This document shows positions 62,302 to 64,000 of a stretch of 64,000 nt of DNA, in pieces. Every line of letters begins with the position of its first letter. Positions within the stretch are counted from its first letter, which is position 1. Location of the stretch: the IMG/VR virus record IMGVR_UViG_3300020045_001640, positions 1 through 64,000 of that record. One strand, given 5' to 3'. Below the pieces are notes generated by a model. That model saw only the letters and a list, made by a program, of their open reading frames with translations, had not been told where the DNA came from and made no database searches. Source of the stretch: a virus. Taxonomy: Duplodnaviria; Caudoviricetes. The position numbers were made by a program, and so were the translations under genes.

Positions 62302-63750
62302 TTAGATGCGGGGAATTGGTGAGGATTGTGTGATTACTGGGATGGAGAATGTGGGTATATTCACACTGCGACAAAGGTAATTGAAAGCACAACCTGTTGC
62401 GTCCACCATGTCGTCATGATCGTTCCTACTGCCTGTGAAACCTTCAAGCTCTGTAAGGAAAGGCTCAATCCACTCATCTCGTTGGTCGCCGTATCGTACA
62501 ATAGAGACTGCCCTTGCTTCAACCATCTGTGCGAAAGGAAGAATACGATTGATCTTGCTACTGTGACCACTCATTTGTGTAGATCGGACAATACAACCTT
62601 GCTCAGAGAGATACTTGGTAAAGTAGGTGTTGGCAATCTTTCCACCCGCACCTGTATCCCGTTCCAACAACACTGGCACATCTAAACCGTCTGCGAAGGC
62701 TGTATTAGTTATTTCTCTCAACACACCGTCAGTTAGTTTACGGAATGTGTTACAATCTTCAATATAGTAGTGTCCCATCTTATCACGAGACATAAGCACA
62801 CCAGCAGAAGCATCACAATGAGGGTTAGACTCAGATACAACAGATGCAGCAGTATCCCAACCCCTAGCCCTACCAGTCACCTCTGAGGGTGGGCAAGGTA
62901 CGAAGTTGAACCATTCTCTACGTATATAGGAATTTCCTTCAGTCACTGCTGTCCAACTACCTTTTAAGAATCTTAACTGGTTGACACGGCTTTGTGCCAT
63001 CAAGTCGGCTAAGTACGCTGGGTTGTTCTTGAGAAGAATAGGGTTTGAGTAGATATCCATCGGGATGAAGCGGAAGCTCAGTGGTCTGAAATCTTCACCA
63101 AGCTTGTAACCTTGTCCGTGCTTCTCAAATAACTCTTCTCTTGTATTGCCCCAAAAGATTTTACCAGAGAGGATCACGAACCAGCGTGTGATATCTTCTG
63201 TTCCGGGAAGCGGTACGCCCTCTTCATCAAGGGAAAAGGAAACGAAGTCAAAGAGCCACGATTTACGGGATGGATTACAGGTACACATCATGTTCAGCTT
63301 ACCCTTGAAGCGAACAGCCCGTAAACGGGCGCGCAAGGCAAGGATATCTGCAAGTGTGAACTCTGCGGCCTCATCGACAATGATGTTGCTGTATTGTTGG
63401 CCCTGGAGTTCTGTCAAGTCTTGAGGCATTGCGTAGAACTTAATCAAAGCGCCATTCGGAAAATGCCACTCCAGTTTTTGTTCTTTCCACACTGCACCGA
63501 AGTGAGAGTAGATGTGCTTGGACTCAGAAACAAGCCCACCCGCACTCTTAAGAAGCGGGTAGGTGAGCCTCACGATCAACACGACTGCTGCACTATCTTG
63601 AACGTATTTCAACGCCTTGACAAGAGCCATGTGGGACTTACCTCCCCCATTCCCACCCCCTACAACGAGAAGGTCAGTGTCGAAATCTTGCAAAACCTTT
63701 TGTTGTTTTATACTACAAGGGCCAAATGAAAGTCTGTCCTCTTTACTCAT
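62302..63750 (-). CDS. terL: terminase large subunit
   Basis: Walker A GGNGGGKS, Walker B IIVDEA, TCNP, RGWDTA, HDD.VDA. Confidence 0.93.
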   Translation of the reverse strand: MSKEDRLSFGPCSIKQQKVLQDFDTDLLVVGGGNGGGKSHMALVKALKYVQDSAAVVLIVRLTYPLLKSAGGLVSESKHIYSHFGAVWKEQKLEWHFPNGALIKFYAMPQDLTELQGQQYSNIIVDEAAEFTLADILALRARLRAVRFKGKLNMMCTCNPSRKSWLFDFVSFSLDEEGVPLPGTEDITRWFVILSGKIFWGNTREELFEKHGQGYKLGEDFRPLSFRFIPMDIYSNPILLKNNPAYLADLMAQSRVNQLRFLKGSWTAVTEGNSYIRREWFNFVPCPPSEVTGRARGWDTAASVVSESNPHCDASAGVLMSRDKMGHYYIEDCNTFRKLTDGVLREITNTAFADGLDVPVLLERDTGAGGKIANTYFTKYLSEQGCIVRSTQMSGHSSKINRILPFAQMVEARAVSIVRYGDQRDEWIEPFLTELEGFTGSRNDHDDMVDATGCAFNYLCRSVNIPTFSIPVITQSSPIPRI

Positions 63751-63761
63751 TTACTCTCCAA

Positions 63762-64000
63762 CTATTTGTACACCTCGGCCTCAACTATAGAAAACAGTGT
63801 GTGGTTATCTGCCTCTACAAAGCACTCTGTGCTTCCGTTGTACTTCATAGAGGGGTTATCATATAAGCTGCGCAGCTTTTGCAATATCAGTGTTTCAGCG
63901 TCAGAACAATCTTTACCGTTTGAAAAGTCGTAAGTTTTTACCACCTCGAAATGAAACCCAGAATCCTTATTAATCTCTTTGATTCTGACAGAAGGCTCTC
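63762..64000 (-). CDS. C-terminal part of a fourth GIY-YIG/T5orf172-like endonuclease (5'-partial)
   Basis: E..ILQ.LR...YNGSTECF matches the tails of the three paralogs. Confidence 0.65.
   Translation of the reverse strand, partial: EPSVRIKEINKDSGFHFEVVKTYDFSNGKDCSDAETLILQKLRSLYDNPSMKYNGSTECFVEADNHTLFSIVEAEVYK

Overview
This window is 64 kb of a lytic dsDNA tailed-phage genome. It is siphovirus-like: it has a 1923-aa tape measure, a tail tube and a frameshifting tail chaperone, and no sheath gene is visible. The host is Gram-negative, because i-/o-spanins are present. Three blocks: (i) 1-4.9 kb, small early-type genes on the minus strand with many sigma70-like promoters; (ii) 5.0-34.2 kb, a plus-strand replication/nucleotide-metabolism arm (DNA ligase, ThyX, primase-helicase, PolA, SSB, exonuclease, three DNA methyltransferases of which one is broken, ribonucleotide reductase, glutaredoxin); (iii) 34.2-64 kb, a minus-strand lysis, tail, head and packaging arm. 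I found no integrase, tRNA, CRISPR array or reverse transcriptase. Best-supported surprises: a 226-nt ORF-less group I intron that splits the codon of the catalytic Cys of the ribonucleotide reductase, next to a free-standing endonuclease gene; a recurring promoter design in which the -10 hexamer sits in the loop of an inverted repeat; two late promoters with an rrn-P1-like TATAATGCGC; a decaying Dcm-type methyltransferase; and two GC-rich imported virion-fibre modules. All family assignments come from motif recognition by eye, with no database search. Several starts were moved from the ORF track to match Shine-Dalgarno (SD) sites.
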